Sequence record: OR880646.1
Strand: one strand, 5' to 3'
Length of the DNA stretch: 64,000 nt
Origin: Escherichia phage ECP2301
How positions within the stretch are numbered: position 1 is the first letter of the stretch; each line of letters starts with the position of its first letter. A program made the position numbers and the translations under genes. Below, in pieces: positions 38,715-49,494 of this stretch. The notes below the pieces were generated by a model. It searched no databases. It was given only the letters and a program-made list of their open reading frames with translations, and was not told the DNA's origin.

Positions 38715-39998
38715 ATGGCTAAAATCAACGAACTTCTGCGCGAATCAACCACAACGAATAGCAACTCAATCGGTCGCCCAAATCTCGTTGCTTTGACTCG
38801 CGCTACCACTAAATTAATATATTCTGACATTGTAGCAACGCAAAGAACTAATCAACCTGTTGCTGCTTTTTATGGTATCAAATACCTTAACCCGGATAAC
38901 GAATTTACATTTAAAACTGGTGCTACTTACGCTGGCGAAGCTGGATACGTAGACCGAGAACAAATCACAGAATTAACAGAAGAGTCTAAATTAACTCTCA
39001 ATAAAGGCGATTTATTCAAATATAATAATATCGTTTATAAAGTATTAGAAGATACACCATTTGCTGATATTGAAGAAAGCGATTTAGAATTAGCTCTTCA
39101 GATTGCAATCGTTCTTTTAAAGGTTCGTCTATTTTCTGATGCTGCAGTAACAAGCAAATTTGAAAGCTCTGATAGTGAAATTGCGGATGCTAGATTCCAG
39201 ATTAATAAATGGCAAACCGCAGTTAAATCTCGTAAACTTAAAACTGGCATCACAGTTGAATTAGCACAAGATTTAGAAGCAAATGGATTCGATGCTCCTA
39301 ATTTCTTGGAAGATTTGCTTGCAACCGAAATGGCGGATGAAATCAATAAAGATATTCTGCAGTCTTTGATTACAGTGTCAAAACGCTATAAAGTTACAGG
39401 AATTACTGATACTGGATTCATTGATTTGAGTTATGCATCTGCACCTGAAGCTGGTCGTTCATTATACCGAATGGTATGTGAAATGGTTTCACATATCCAG
39501 AAAGAATCAACTTATACAGCAACGTTCTGTGTTGCTTCAGCTCGTGCCGCTGCGATTCTTGCTGCATCAGGTTGGTTAAAACATAAACCAGAAGATGACA
39601 AATATCTTTCACAAAATGCCTACGGGTTCTTAGCTAATGGTTTACCGCTTTATTGCGATACCAACAGCCCATTAGATTATGTAATCGTTGGCGTAGTAGA
39701 AAATATCGGTGAAAAAGAAATTGTTGGGTCAATTTTCTATGCTCCGTATACAGAAGGTCTTGACTTAGATGACCCTGAACATGTAGGTGCATTTAAAGTT
39801 GTAGTTGATCCAGAAAGTTTGCAGCCATCTATCGGTTTATTAGTTAGATATGCTTTATCTGCAAATCCTTACACTGTAGCAAAAGATGAAAAAGAAGCAA
39901 GAGTAATTGATGGTGGAGACATGGATAAAATGGCGGGTCGTTCAGATTTGTCTGTTTTATTAGGTGTTAAGCTACCAAAAATTATCATTGATGAATAA
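38715..39998 (+). CDS. 24: gp24, capsid vertex protein
   Basis: 427 aa; gp23-like; late promoter 38680-38687. Confidence 0.95.
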   Translation: MAKINELLRESTTTNSNSIGRPNLVALTRATTKLIYSDIVATQRTNQPVAAFYGIKYLNPDNEFTFKTGATYAGEAGYVDREQITELTEESKLTLNKGDLFKYNNIVYKVLEDTPFADIEESDLELALQIAIVLLKVRLFSDAAVTSKFESSDSEIADARFQINKWQTAVKSRKLKTGITVELAQDLEANGFDAPNFLEDLLATEMADEINKDILQSLITVSKRYKVTGITDTGFIDLSYASAPEAGRSLYRMVCEMVSHIQKESTYTATFCVASARAAAILAASGWLKHKPEDDKYLSQNAYGFLANGLPLYCDTNSPLDYVIVGVVENIGEKEIVGSIFYAPYTEGLDLDDPEHVGAFKVVVDPESLQPSIGLLVRYALSANPYTVAKDEKEARVIDGGDMDKMAGRSDLSVLLGVKLPKIIIDE

Positions 39999-40004
39999 AA
40001 CAAA

Positions 40005-40025
40005 GGGACCGAAAGGTCCCTTTTT
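40005..40025. terminator. bidirectional terminator between gene 24 and rnlB
   Basis: GGGACC-GAAA-GGTCCC flanked by A-tract upstream and T5 downstream. Confidence 0.7.
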
Positions 40026-40027
40026 AT

Positions 40028-41032
40028 TTAACTTACCAATTCAATCCAAGCCGGACGAAGTACATCTTGTACCATTTTAACTAATTCCTTCTTAATCAAA
40101 GAAGGATTATCCGCTTGAGTTAGAGTAATACCTTCACGAGAAGTTTCTTCCAAAATATCTTGAACCGTTAGTCCCATCACCTTTCCAAAATCTTTTGGAC
40201 CAATTTCACCAATTTTAGAAATAACATTATTTACTCGGTTCAGTGTAACATAACAAGCTAAAATTCCCAGCAATTTATTATCAGCTTCTGACAGTTCAAC
40301 TTTAGCTTTAATAGGCTTATCAGACTTTTTCTTTTCGCTAAATTTAGAGTTCTTGCATTTGATAGCTACGCGATTGCCATTAGGCAGCCAAGAAGGATAA
40401 CAAGGTTTCAATACATATCCTTCAGCGGTAAATACTTCGCCTTTTGCTTCAGCATTCCAAACGCATTTATTTGCATCAACTAATCCAGCATGGTCTACCG
40501 TAAAATTATAATCCTGTACGACAGAATCTAAATCATTTGGCAATTTAATCAGCTCTTCAAATTTACCGCGACCTAAAAGTGGAGCCACTTTAAATTTAAA
40601 TGTATTGCAGAATGATTCCATCATATAATCATCGACATAAGTCACATCACCACTTTCTGTAGTAACAATAATGTCAAATACATAAAAATCTTTATCGCCA
40701 TAATCGACATTCTTCTGAATGCCAGGTCCAGCGAATTCGCCAAAAACTTGATAAGATACAACCGCTGAAGTTTCCATAATATCTTGTACTGCTTTAATGG
40801 AATCAGCGTAATTCTTTAAAACAATTTCATACCCAAAGAAATCTTCAGCAGGAAGAATAGGACCAGTGCGTTTAGCACAAGTTACTTTATCACGCTCAAT
40901 AATCAATGAGAAATTTGTGCCATGAATCTTTTCACGAGCTACCCATTCGCCGCCAGTCAATCCTAAACTGTAAAGTTTTTCAATAAATTTAGAGTTGTAA
41001 TGATTTTCAAGACTGCTATACTTTTTAAACAT
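40028..41032 (-). CDS. rnlB: RNA ligase 2 (RnlB)
   Basis: 334 aa; nucleotidyltransferase motif I KIHGTN near N-terminus; position after gene 24 as in T4. Confidence 0.9.
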   Translation of the reverse strand: MFKKYSSLENHYNSKFIEKLYSLGLTGGEWVAREKIHGTNFSLIIERDKVTCAKRTGPILPAEDFFGYEIVLKNYADSIKAVQDIMETSAVVSYQVFGEFAGPGIQKNVDYGDKDFYVFDIIVTTESGDVTYVDDYMMESFCNTFKFKVAPLLGRGKFEELIKLPNDLDSVVQDYNFTVDHAGLVDANKCVWNAEAKGEVFTAEGYVLKPCYPSWLPNGNRVAIKCKNSKFSEKKKSDKPIKAKVELSEADNKLLGILACYVTLNRVNNVISKIGEIGPKDFGKVMGLTVQDILEETSREGITLTQADNPSLIKKELVKMVQDVLRPAWIELVS

Positions 41033-41041
41033 AATTAATCC

Positions 41042-41320
41042 TCAAAATGTAATTTCTAACCAATCACCATCACGCTGATCACTATTGACTTTAAAGCTAA
41101 ATCCTTCTTTTCTCAGCCAATCACCAATTTCTTCAGTAATCAATTTATCGCGAGCAGTACAATAATAACTAAAATATGTTTTACCTTGTTCAGCTGCTTT
41201 ATTAGCAAGTTCCGAAAAATCTTTAATAAAACACTCTAGCTTAAACTGTTTACTTTTAAGTGCTTTTTCACGTAATTGATTAGCAAAAGATTCATTTTCA
41301 TAAAGATCATACTGTTCCAT
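41042..41320 (-). CDS. hypothetical protein (T4 24.2 position)
   Basis: 92 aa ORF; synteny. Confidence 0.55.
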   Translation of the reverse strand: MEQYDLYENESFANQLREKALKSKQFKLECFIKDFSELANKAAEQGKTYFSYYCTARDKLITEEIGDWLRKEGFSFKVNSDQRDGDWLEITF

Positions 41321-41522
41321 TTTTCACCTTTTTATTAATATGCCTTTTTCTATAGACAACTTTTTCTCGAGTTTCAAATTTATTCTTAGCAGTCATAGCT
41401 CGAGCCCATAATACAGCCACTTCCTTTGCCTGTAAGTTCAATTCACGAGCAATTTCAATGAATGACTTTCCAGACTCATGAAGAGTAAACACCACAACCT
41501 CAGTTCTCATAATCAATCTCAT
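41307..41522 (-). CDS. small putative helix-turn-helix protein (T4 24.3 position)
   Basis: 71 aa; HTH-like segment SGKSFIEIARELNLQAKEVAVLW. Confidence 0.5.
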   Translation of the reverse strand: MRLIMRTEVVVFTLHESGKSFIEIARELNLQAKEVAVLWARAMTAKNKFETREKVVYRKRHINKKVKNGTV

Positions 41523-41591
41523 GTTATCGAGTTGGTGCCATTATATACATCATTTTCTGAGTGTGTTTTGTGTGCTTTCAAAATGAAGAAA

Positions 41592-41605
41592 GGGGCCGAA
41601 GCCCC
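41592..41605 (-). terminator. hairpin GGGGC-UUCG-GCCCC plus U-rich tail after hoc
   Basis: Same 14-nt hairpin as at 785 and 62302; minus-strand RNA followed by UUUCUUCAUUUU. Confidence 0.55.
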
Positions 41606-41611
41606 TTATGA

Positions 41612-43030
41612 TTATGGATAGGTATAGATGATACCAGTTTCTAAAGCAGTTTTATGAATGATGTATCCATTACGTGATTCTTGAACATCAACTTCTGGAT
41701 AGTCTTTCATCATCTTCTGAAGGGTGTAACGATGCAGGTAGTATTTACTATCTGGATCTTCAGTTTTCCAATCTTTACCTTCTTCGGTCATTTTTTGGAT
41801 TTCATCCATAACCCACCAGCCGCACCAGATATAAGCCGAAGTACGATGTGGAAGAGGATGAACATAAGGCAATTCACCTTCTGGTTCTGGAGCAACTTTA
41901 TCAGTTACCTGAACTTGACCTTCTGCTGTGATAGTTTTGCTATCATAATCAGTAGCAGTAACAGTTGCAGTAACTTCAATAGTTTGACTTCCAATAGATG
42001 ATGTATCAACGGTGTATACATTAGTTGACCCTTCTACTGGAGAAGAATCTTTCTTCCATGAATATTCAATTTGAGCTTCTTCTGGAGCATCAGTGACATT
42101 AGCAGTAAATGTAGCCGAAGCATCTTGCTGAACGTTAATAGAAGGAGGAGTCAATGTAACCTGTGGATTCATTGTCTTCTTATTAACTGTTAATGATACT
42201 TCATTAGAAGTAACTTCCTTTTCATTGTAATTTTCTGCAGTTACTTGAGCTACACACTTAACTGTTTTAGCTCCAACTGTGGTAGGAGTATAGTTAAATG
42301 TAGTAGTAGTTTCTCCATCGACCAGAGAACCGTCAACATACCACTGATACGTAGCAGACGCTCCTGGTGGCTGTGAAGCCAAGGCAGCAGTAAATTGAAC
42401 TGGGGTTCCAATTACCCCGGCAGCAGGATTAGCAGGAGTTACGGCTAACGTAGTTGTCTGTGTCTTCTTATTAACTGTTAATGACACTTCATTAGAAGTA
42501 ACTTCCTTTGCATCATAATCTGCCGCAGTTACTTGAGCTACGCACTTAATTGTTTTAACTCCGCTTGTGTCAGGAGTGTAATTGAATGTAGCGTCAGTTG
42601 CTTCGCTTACAGGAGAACCGTCAACGTGCCATTGATACGTAGCAGATGCACCTGATGGCTGTGAAGCTAAGGCAGCGGTAAATTCAATTGGAGTTCCAAT
42701 CACTCCAGCATCAGGGCTACCAGGAGTTACAGCTAAAGTAGTTGTCTGTGTCTTATTTTGAACTGTGATAGTTGTACTAATTTCTGCTGTTTCAGGTTCA
42801 GATTCTGCAACTTGATTGGTTGCAACGACTTTAATAGTCTTTTGACCGGCAGGTCCTTTTAGTACATAACTAAAAGTTGCTGACGTTTCTTCCTGCGGAG
42901 CGTCGTCTACAGTCCAAGCATATGTAATAGGTCCATCTCCAGTTTGACCACTGGGTGTAGCAGTAAACTGCTGAGTCTGATCTATAACTCCAGTAGGTGT
43001 TTTAGGAGTTATATCAACTGTAAAAGTCAT
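41612..43030 (-). CDS. hoc: Hoc, capsid decoration protein, with one extra Ig-like domain
   Basis: N-terminus MTFTVDITPKTPTGV and C-terminal capsid-binding region; 472 aa against the established 376 aa for T4 Hoc; contains a 96-aa tandem duplication. Confidence 0.9.
   Translation of the reverse strand: MTFTVDITPKTPTGVIDQTQQFTATPSGQTGDGPITYAWTVDDAPQEETSATFSYVLKGPAGQKTIKVVATNQVAESEPETAEISTTITVQNKTQTTTLAVTPGSPDAGVIGTPIEFTAALASQPSGASATYQWHVDGSPVSEATDATFNYTPDTSGVKTIKCVAQVTAADYDAKEVTSNEVSLTVNKKTQTTTLAVTPANPAAGVIGTPVQFTAALASQPPGASATYQWYVDGSLVDGETTTTFNYTPTTVGAKTVKCVAQVTAENYNEKEVTSNEVSLTVNKKTMNPQVTLTPPSINVQQDASATFTANVTDAPEEAQIEYSWKKDSSPVEGSTNVYTVDTSSIGSQTIEVTATVTATDYDSKTITAEGQVQVTDKVAPEPEGELPYVHPLPHRTSAYIWCGWWVMDEIQKMTEEGKDWKTEDPDSKYYLHRYTLQKMMKDYPEVDVQESRNGYIIHKTALETGIIYTYP
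42175..42750 (-). repeat. 288-bp tandem direct duplication (2 units) within hoc, encoding duplicated Ig-like domain
   Basis: tcttcttattaactgttaatga and long flanking identity recur at 42175 and 42463, exactly 288 nt apart; protein repeats QTTTLAVTP...SLTVNKKT. Confidence 0.85.
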
Positions 43031-43039
43031 AAGTTATCC

Positions 43040-43720
43040 TTATTTTAATGTTACGAAAGAAGAATTGCGTGTTTCACGAATTAGAACTGATCCGTCACGA
43101 TTAATGTAGTAAATTAAGCTAAATAAAGTTTGGTGTGCCGACGCATGTTCAAAACTAGTTGGGTGAGATTTCCAATCCGGAGTTTCAGCAATCCACTGGT
43201 AAATCCACCAAGGAACAGTGCAGAATCCTGGATTTTTTCCAATCAGCTGAAGATTCGGACTAAAGTTTTCCGGAAGAGTAAATACAGACGGCTTTTCAGA
43301 TTCAATAATCTCAGCTACAGCCTGCTCGAATTTTTCTTCAACAAAAGGAGTATCTTCAATCAAAACATCGGTATTTTCAGGAATTTTATCCGTTTCTACT
43401 ACTTCAATTTTAATGTCAGATTTAACCGGAGAATCAATCAGAAGTGCTGCCTCTGGATTGACTTCTTCATCGTCATATTTTAATCCGTCTGCAGCATCAG
43501 CAGCATCAATTAAGTCTTTAATAGATAACCCATCAGTCTCTGGCATAGGTTCACTAGCGAGCTTCTGGAGGGCTTCTTCAATATCATTAACGATATTATC
43601 AAAAGATTTATTCTTTTTGACCTTTATACCAAACTGTTCAGCATATTCAGCTAATTTAGCTTTAGCTTCTTTATTATCATCAAGAGCCTTCAGCTCTGCA
43701 ATATAATCTTTATCTATCAT
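43040..43720 (-). CDS. inh: Inh, inhibitor of prohead protease
   Basis: 226 aa; position next to hoc as in T4. Confidence 0.8.
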   Translation of the reverse strand: MIDKDYIAELKALDDNKEAKAKLAEYAEQFGIKVKKNKSFDNIVNDIEEALQKLASEPMPETDGLSIKDLIDAADAADGLKYDDEEVNPEAALLIDSPVKSDIKIEVVETDKIPENTDVLIEDTPFVEEKFEQAVAEIIESEKPSVFTLPENFSPNLQLIGKNPGFCTVPWWIYQWIAETPDWKSHPTSFEHASAHQTLFSLIYYINRDGSVLIRETRNSSFVTLK

Positions 43721-43733
43721 AATATTTCCTCAG

Positions 43734-43741
43734 TATAAATA
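43734..43741 (+). promoter_or_regulatory. T4 late promoter TATAAATA (uvsW)
   Basis: Exact TATAAATA 30 nt upstream of uvsW ATG. Confidence 0.65.
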
Positions 43742-43770
43742 TAGATATATTTATTACATGGTATTTAGAC

Positions 43771-45282
43771 ATGACTGACATTAAAGTACATTTTTATGAT
43801 TTTAGTCACGTGAGAATTGATTGTGAAGAAAGTACATTTCATGAACTCCGTGATTTCTTTAGCTTTGAAGCTGATGGGTATCGTTTTAATCCGAAATACA
43901 AATATGGTCACTGGGATGGACGAATCCGTCTTTTAGATTATAATCGCCTTCTTCCATTCGGTTTAGTCGGGCAAATTAAAAAGTTCTGCGATAACTTTGG
44001 CTATAAAGCCTGGATTGACCCACAGATTAACGAAAAAGAAGAATTATCAAGAAAAGATTTTGATGAATGGCTTTCTAAATTAGAAATCTATTCAGGAAAT
44101 AAAAGAATTGAACCGCATTGGTATCAAAAAGATGCAGTGTTCGAAGGATTAGTTAATCGTCGTAGAATTCTTAATCTTCCAACATCCGCAGGTAAATCTT
44201 TAATTCAAGCTTTGCTTGCTCGGTATTATTTGGAAAATTATGAAGGTAAAATTCTTATCATTGTTCCAACAACTGCTCTGACAACTCAGATGGCTGATGA
44301 CTTTGTTGACTATCGTTTATTCAGTCATGCAATGATAAAGAAAATTGGCGGTGGAGCATCAAAAGATGATAAATATAAAAATGATGCACCAGTCGTTGTT
44401 GGTACATGGCAAACTGTAGTAAAACAACCGAAAGAATGGTTCTCACAGTTTGGAATGATGATGAATGATGAATGCCATCTTGCTACAGGAAAAAGTATTT
44501 CATCTATCATATCAGGTTTAAATAACTGTATGTTTAAATTTGGTTTGTCTGGTTCATTACGTGATGGCAAAGCTAATATCATGCAGTATGTTGGAATGTT
44601 TGGCGAAATATTTAAGCCAGTAACGACTTCTAAATTAATGGAAGATGGACAAGTAACTGAGCTAAAAATTAATAGTATTTTTCTTCGCTATCCCGATGAG
44701 TTCACTACTAAATTAAAGGGAAAAACTTACCAAGAAGAAATAAAAATTATCACTGGACTCAGTAAAAGAAATAAATGGATTGCTAAATTAGCTATTAAGC
44801 TTGCACAAAAAGATGAAAACGCTTTTGTCATGTTTAAACACGTATCGCACGGTAAAGCTATTTTCGATTTAATTAAAAATGAATACGATAAAGTTTATTA
44901 CGTATCAGGGGAAGTTGATACCGAAACACGCAACGTAATGAAAACCTTAGCTGAAAACGGTAAAGGAATAATTATAGTAGCTAGTTATGGTGTATTTTCT
45001 ACCGGTATTTCAGTTAAAAATCTGCATCACGTTGTTTTAGCGCACGGTGTTAAATCTAAAATTATTGTATTGCAAACAATAGGTCGCGTATTACGTAAGC
45101 ATGGTTCTAAAACAATCGCAACAGTCTGGGACCTCATAGATGATTGCGGTGTTAAGCCAAAATCTGCTAATACGAAAAAGAAATACGTTCATTTGAACTA
45201 TCTTTTAAAACACGGCATTGATCGTATTCAGCGCTATGCAGATGAAAAATTTAATTACGTAATGAAAACAGTTAATTTATAA
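43771..45282 (+). CDS. uvsW: UvsW, ATP-dependent DNA/RNA helicase
   Basis: 503 aa; Walker A TSAGKS, DEAH-like MNDECH; late promoter 43734-43741. Confidence 0.9.
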   Translation: MTDIKVHFYDFSHVRIDCEESTFHELRDFFSFEADGYRFNPKYKYGHWDGRIRLLDYNRLLPFGLVGQIKKFCDNFGYKAWIDPQINEKEELSRKDFDEWLSKLEIYSGNKRIEPHWYQKDAVFEGLVNRRRILNLPTSAGKSLIQALLARYYLENYEGKILIIVPTTALTTQMADDFVDYRLFSHAMIKKIGGGASKDDKYKNDAPVVVGTWQTVVKQPKEWFSQFGMMMNDECHLATGKSISSIISGLNNCMFKFGLSGSLRDGKANIMQYVGMFGEIFKPVTTSKLMEDGQVTELKINSIFLRYPDEFTTKLKGKTYQEEIKIITGLSKRNKWIAKLAIKLAQKDENAFVMFKHVSHGKAIFDLIKNEYDKVYYVSGEVDTETRNVMKTLAENGKGIIIVASYGVFSTGISVKNLHHVVLAHGVKSKIIVLQTIGRVLRKHGSKTIATVWDLIDDCGVKPKSANTKKKYVHLNYLLKHGIDRIQRYADEKFNYVMKTVNL

Positions 45283-45307
45283 GGGCTTCGGCCCTTTGGA
45301 GAAAAAG

Positions 45308-45538
45308 ATGTTACTAGAATTTAAACAATTTCTTTATGAAGCTTCTATTGATGAATTTATGGGTAAAATTGCCTCTTGTCAAACAATAGAAGGTCTAGAA
45401 GAACTTGAAGCTTATTATAAGAAAAGAGTTAAAGAAACTGAATTAAAAGATACTGATGACATCTCTGTGAGAGATGCTTTGGCAGGAAAAAGAGCTGAAT
45501 TAGAAGATTCAGACGATGAAGTAGAAGAAAGCTTTTAA
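45308..45538 (+). CDS. UvsW.1 (C-terminal partner of UvsW)
   Basis: 76 aa from ATG 45308 with GGAGA ribosome-binding site; acidic C-terminus. Confidence 0.7.
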   Translation: MLLEFKQFLYEASIDEFMGKIASCQTIEGLEELEAYYKKRVKETELKDTDDISVRDALAGKRAELEDSDDEVEESF

Positions 45539-45541
45539 ATT

Positions 45542-45571
45542 AAAAAAAGGCCCAACCGAAAAGGAAGGGCC
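45542..45571 (-). terminator. hairpin plus U7 on minus strand
   Basis: GGCCC...GGGCC stem; revcomp of A7 at 45542-45548 gives U-tract. Confidence 0.5.
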
Positions 45572-45597
45572 AAAACTATAGACTAAAGGTCACACTA

Positions 45598-45762
45598 TAG
45601 CAAAAGTTGTGTTTCATTTAATTGTTCTTCCGAACTTTCTGAAACTGGTAGTTCTTTAATGTAATTATAACAAGGCCCAGGATGTACAGGACCTTTGTCT
45701 GTTTCAACAACCAATGCAGAATCGATTGGAGTTTTACAGACAACGCAAATCTTATCTGACAT
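45598..45762 (-). CDS. small Cys-containing protein (about 54 aa, not in ORF track)
   Basis: Hand translation MSDKICVVCKTPIDSALVVETDKGPVHPGPCYNYIKELPVSESSEEQLNETQLLL; terminator hairpin plus U7 downstream at 45542-45571. Confidence 0.35.
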
Positions 45763-45790
45763 GATTGTCTCCTCTAAATTATATATCTAT

Positions 45791-46015
45791 TTATATAACT
45801 CTCATATGCATATCAATGCCCATATCTTTAGAATAAAAATATTCATCAAGATATCCAGCAAATTTTCCTTTAACATAAAGTACATCTTCACCGCATGGGT
45901 GGTCGGCCAGGATACGAATATCCTGACGCTTAAGATTATACTTTTTCATTAAGAATTGAATTTCCGTTTCGAATTCTTCTTCATAATTAAAAGCATCATC
46001 AATGCTATATCTCAT
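45791..46015 (-). CDS. hypothetical protein (T4 uvsY.-2 position)
   Basis: 74 aa; ATG overlaps uvsY stop. Confidence 0.6.
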   Translation of the reverse strand: MRYSIDDAFNYEEEFETEIQFLMKKYNLKRQDIRILADHPCGEDVLYVKGKFAGYLDEYFYSKDMGIDMHMRVI

Positions 46016-46428
46016 TATTTTCCAGCCTCAAATGCTCGCATGTCTTGAATATGCTTAATAGCAAATCCGCGTGATTTAATAGCATCAAGAGCTCCGCTAC
46101 AGAAATCCAATAAAATTCCCCAATATTGCAATGAAGTATCAACTTTTAAAACATCCTTATCAGCTGATAGAACTGTCTTCATTTCTGATTTCTCATAACG
46201 ATCCATACTAAATTCATCACCATCTCCTCGTCCCGAGTAGTAGTCTAATCTAGCTTTAAGAGCAACTTTTTTCTGTGCGTCAATTCTAAGCATTTCCTTT
46301 TTAATACTTGAATGCTTATTGAGCCATTTACTATATAACATCACATTATTAGCTGCTTCATACTGTAATTTAGTCGAATCTATAAACACATCTTTCTTCA
46401 ATTCTTCTTGAAGATCTTCTAATTTCAT
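46015..46428 (-). CDS. uvsY: UvsY, recombination mediator protein
   Basis: 137 aa; synteny with uvsW and gene 25. Confidence 0.9.
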   Translation of the reverse strand: MKLEDLQEELKKDVFIDSTKLQYEAANNVMLYSKWLNKHSSIKKEMLRIDAQKKVALKARLDYYSGRGDGDEFSMDRYEKSEMKTVLSADKDVLKVDTSLQYWGILLDFCSGALDAIKSRGFAIKHIQDMRAFEAGK

Positions 46429-46494
46429 ATTGTTCTCTATTCAATTGTTATTGGATGGACTTAGATTCATTATACCACGTTTATACGTGAAGCA

Positions 46495-46893
46495 TTATAC
46501 TCTGTTACTGGAAGCAAGTTGTAGTTTTATCTGCTCAATATCATCAGGGTTATCGATGACCGAAAAGCGTATTTCTACTATTAGAGTATAATCATCATAA
46601 ACCGGTATTACATTAACTGCTAATTTATCAATACGCGGCTCGTAGTTTCTTACTGCGCTTTCAATGTTACGCTCAACCGTGTCAGCAGTAAGAGGAGTCA
46701 TATTCTCAAAAAGCTGATCAGATAAATCACATCCAAATTCTGGGTCAAATGGCCTTGACCCTTTCCTGGTTGTAATAATTCCTAAAAGGCTATTTTTAAT
46801 TGACCTTAATCCAAGAGATCTTGAAACATCTTTGTCCCAATCCATTTTCATTTCTGGGTCAATGTCAGAATAAAGCTTATTAATATTTGCCAT
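46495..46893 (-). CDS. 25: gp25, baseplate wedge protein
   Basis: 132 aa; synteny. Confidence 0.9.
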   Translation of the reverse strand: MANINKLYSDIDPEMKMDWDKDVSRSLGLRSIKNSLLGIITTRKGSRPFDPEFGCDLSDQLFENMTPLTADTVERNIESAVRNYEPRIDKLAVNVIPVYDDYTLIVEIRFSVIDNPDDIEQIKLQLASSNRV

Positions 46894-47519
46894 TACAATA
46901 GCTCAAAGAATTCTTTGAGTCCTCTTATTACATGAGCGTGAGTTTTTCCACACTCTGGACACTTAATTGGAATAGCCAAATAAACAGTAGGCTTTAAAAG
47001 CATATCTTTTATAGCTACAATATCTGACTCTGTGATGATAGAGTATAAATCTTCCAGTTCTTTTTCATTTAAATCTTCAACTGGAATGCTTTCCCCGTTA
47101 GCATGAATCGTTTCTATACATGATACTATCATGTGGGCTATATTTTTATCATCAAAAATTTTAGGGTAATGGAACTTAATTTTAATGTCACCCAGTGTAT
47201 ACCAGAGGTCTTCTGGTGCATCTATTTGTGTATGTAATAGATTTATATGGGTTGGTATTTCAGTTCCACAGGTGCACTTCCAGGAGTTTTCGTGATTAAC
47301 TTCTCCAAGAGAATGCGCCCATAAATGAATCAGCAGTAGTTCTGATTCTTGACGGTTTAAATCTTTTGCATTTGTACAGTCTTTAATTAGCTTTTTAACG
47401 ATCTCTTCTACTGAACCGTTCTTTTTAGCAGTAATAAGTTCTAGATATTCTTTAAGAGTAAATGCGCGACAGTTGATTATTTTAGAACCAACTCTCACAT
47501 CAAATTTGTATTCATACAT
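46893..47519 (-). CDS. 26: gp26, baseplate hub protein
   Basis: 208 aa; divergent from gene 51 across a palindromic late promoter. Confidence 0.85.
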   Translation of the reverse strand: MYEYKFDVRVGSKIINCRAFTLKEYLELITAKKNGSVEEIVKKLIKDCTNAKDLNRQESELLLIHLWAHSLGEVNHENSWKCTCGTEIPTHINLLHTQIDAPEDLWYTLGDIKIKFHYPKIFDDKNIAHMIVSCIETIHANGESIPVEDLNEKELEDLYSIITESDIVAIKDMLLKPTVYLAIPIKCPECGKTHAHVIRGLKEFFELL

Positions 47520-47540
47520 ATTTAGCTCCTTTATTTATCA

Positions 47541-47552
47541 TATTTATAAATA
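47541..47552. promoter_or_regulatory. palindromic bidirectional late promoter TATTTATAAATA (genes 26 and 51)
   Basis: TATAAATA readable on both strands between divergent genes 26 and 51. Confidence 0.7.
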
Positions 47553-47569
47553 GAATAAAAGGAGCATCT

Positions 47570-48319
47570 ATGGCAAACATTATTCGTTGTAAATTACCAG
47601 ATGGTGTTCATCGTTTTAAACCATTTACGGTAGAAGATTATCGAGATTTTTTGTTAGTTCGAAACGATATAGAACATCGGTCACCACAAGAACAAAAAGA
47701 AATAATTGCTGATTTAATTGCTGATTATTTTGGAGACTATCCGAAGACTTGGCAACCATTTATATTTTTGCAGGTATTTGTAGGGTCAATAGGTAAAACT
47801 AAAGTACCAGTCACATTTGTGTGTCCAAAATGTAAAAAAGAAAAGACAGTTCCATTTGAAATATATCAAAAAGAATTAAAGGAACCTGTTTTTGATGTAG
47901 CTAATGTTAAAATTAAATTAAAGTTTCCTTCTGAGTTTTATGAAAATAAAGCAAAGATGATTACTGAAAATATTCATTCTGTTCAAGTAGATGAAATATG
48001 GTATGATTGGAAGGAAATTAGTGAATCGAGCCAAATAGAACTTGTTGATGCCATCGAGATAGAAACATTAGAAAAAATTCTTGATGCAATGAATCCTATT
48101 AATTTAACATTGCATATGTCATGTTGTAATAAGTATGTAAAAAAATACACTGATATAGTAGATGTGTTTAAGCTATTAGTTAACCCAGATGAAATATTTA
48201 CTTTTTATCAAATCAATCACACACTCGTAAAAAGTAATTATAGCTTAAATTCAATAATGAAAATGATTCCTGCTGAGCGCGGATTCGTATTAAAACTGAT
48301 TGAGAAGGATAAACAATAA
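47570..48319 (+). CDS. 51: gp51, baseplate hub assembly catalyst
   Basis: 249 aa; synteny. Confidence 0.85.
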   Translation: MANIIRCKLPDGVHRFKPFTVEDYRDFLLVRNDIEHRSPQEQKEIIADLIADYFGDYPKTWQPFIFLQVFVGSIGKTKVPVTFVCPKCKKEKTVPFEIYQKELKEPVFDVANVKIKLKFPSEFYENKAKMITENIHSVQVDEIWYDWKEISESSQIELVDAIEIETLEKILDAMNPINLTLHMSCCNKYVKKYTDIVDVFKLLVNPDEIFTFYQINHTLVKSNYSLNSIMKMIPAERGFVLKLIEKDKQ

Positions 48320-49494
48320 TGAGTATGTTGCAACGCCCTGGATATCCAAATCTCAGCGTTAAATTATTTGATAGCTACGACGCTTGGAGTAATAATAGAT
48401 TTGTTGAATTAGCTGCTACTATTACCACATTAACTATGCGGGATTCTCTTTATGGCCGAAATGAAGGAATGTTGCAGTTTTATGATTCTAAAAATATCCA
48501 TACAAAAATGGATGGAAATGAAATAATTCAGATTTCTGTAGCTAATGCAAACGATATTAATAATGTTAAAACACGAATTTATGGATGTAAGCATTTTTCC
48601 GTGTCAGTAGATTCAAAGGGTGATAACATCATTGCTATTGAATTGGGAACTATTCATTCTATAGAAAATCTTAAATTTGGCAGACCGTTTTTCTCTGATG
48701 CAGGTGAATCTATAAAGGAAATGCTTGGTGTCATTTATCAGGATCGCACGTTATTAACTCCAGCAATAAATGCTATAAATGCTTATGTTCCTGATATTCC
48801 ATGGACTAGCACATTTGAAAACTATTTGTCGTATGTCAGAGAAGTTGCTCTAGCTGTAGGAAGTGACAAATTTGTATTTGTGTGGCAAGACATCATGGGA
48901 GTTAACATGATGGACTATGATATGATGATAAATCAAGAACCGTATCCAATGATTGTCGGTGAGCCATCTTTAATAGGTCAATTCATCCAAGAATTAAAAT
49001 ATCCATTAGCATATGATTTCGTTTGGTTGACTAAATCGAATCCTCATAAACGCGACCCAATGAAAAATGCTACTATTTATGCTCATTCATTTTTAGATTC
49101 TTCATTGCCAATGATTACTACAGGAAAGGGCGAAAACTCTATTGTAGTATCAAGGTCAGGTGCTTATTCTGAAATGACTTATAGGAATGGCTATGAAGAA
49201 GCTATTCGTCTTCAAACTATGGCGCAATATGACGGCTATGCTAAATGTTCTACTGTCGGTAATTTTAACTTGACTCCTGGCGTTAAAATTATTTTTAATG
49301 ATAGTAAAAACCAATTTAAAACAGAATTTTACGTTGATGAAGTTATCCATGAATTATCCAATAATAATTCAGTAACTCATCTATATATGTTCACTAATGC
49401 AACGAAACTGGAAACAATAGACCCAGTTAAGGTTAAAAATGAATTTAAATCTGATACTACCACTGAAGAAAGTAGTTCTTCCAATAAGCAATAA
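48319..49494 (+). CDS. 27: gp27, baseplate hub protein
   Basis: 391 aa; synteny. Confidence 0.9.
   Translation: MSMLQRPGYPNLSVKLFDSYDAWSNNRFVELAATITTLTMRDSLYGRNEGMLQFYDSKNIHTKMDGNEIIQISVANANDINNVKTRIYGCKHFSVSVDSKGDNIIAIELGTIHSIENLKFGRPFFSDAGESIKEMLGVIYQDRTLLTPAINAINAYVPDIPWTSTFENYLSYVREVALAVGSDKFVFVWQDIMGVNMMDYDMMINQEPYPMIVGEPSLIGQFIQELKYPLAYDFVWLTKSNPHKRDPMKNATIYAHSFLDSSLPMITTGKGENSIVVSRSGAYSEMTYRNGYEEAIRLQTMAQYDGYAKCSTVGNFNLTPGVKIIFNDSKNQFKTEFYVDEVIHELSNNNSVTHLYMFTNATKLETIDPVKVKNEFKSDTTTEESSSSNKQ

Noticed and set aside
42175-42750. Possible CRISPR-like repeat array
   Set aside because: The repeats are two long 288-bp coding units in frame within hoc, not short repeats with spacers. The recurring hairpins elsewhere are isolated terminators.
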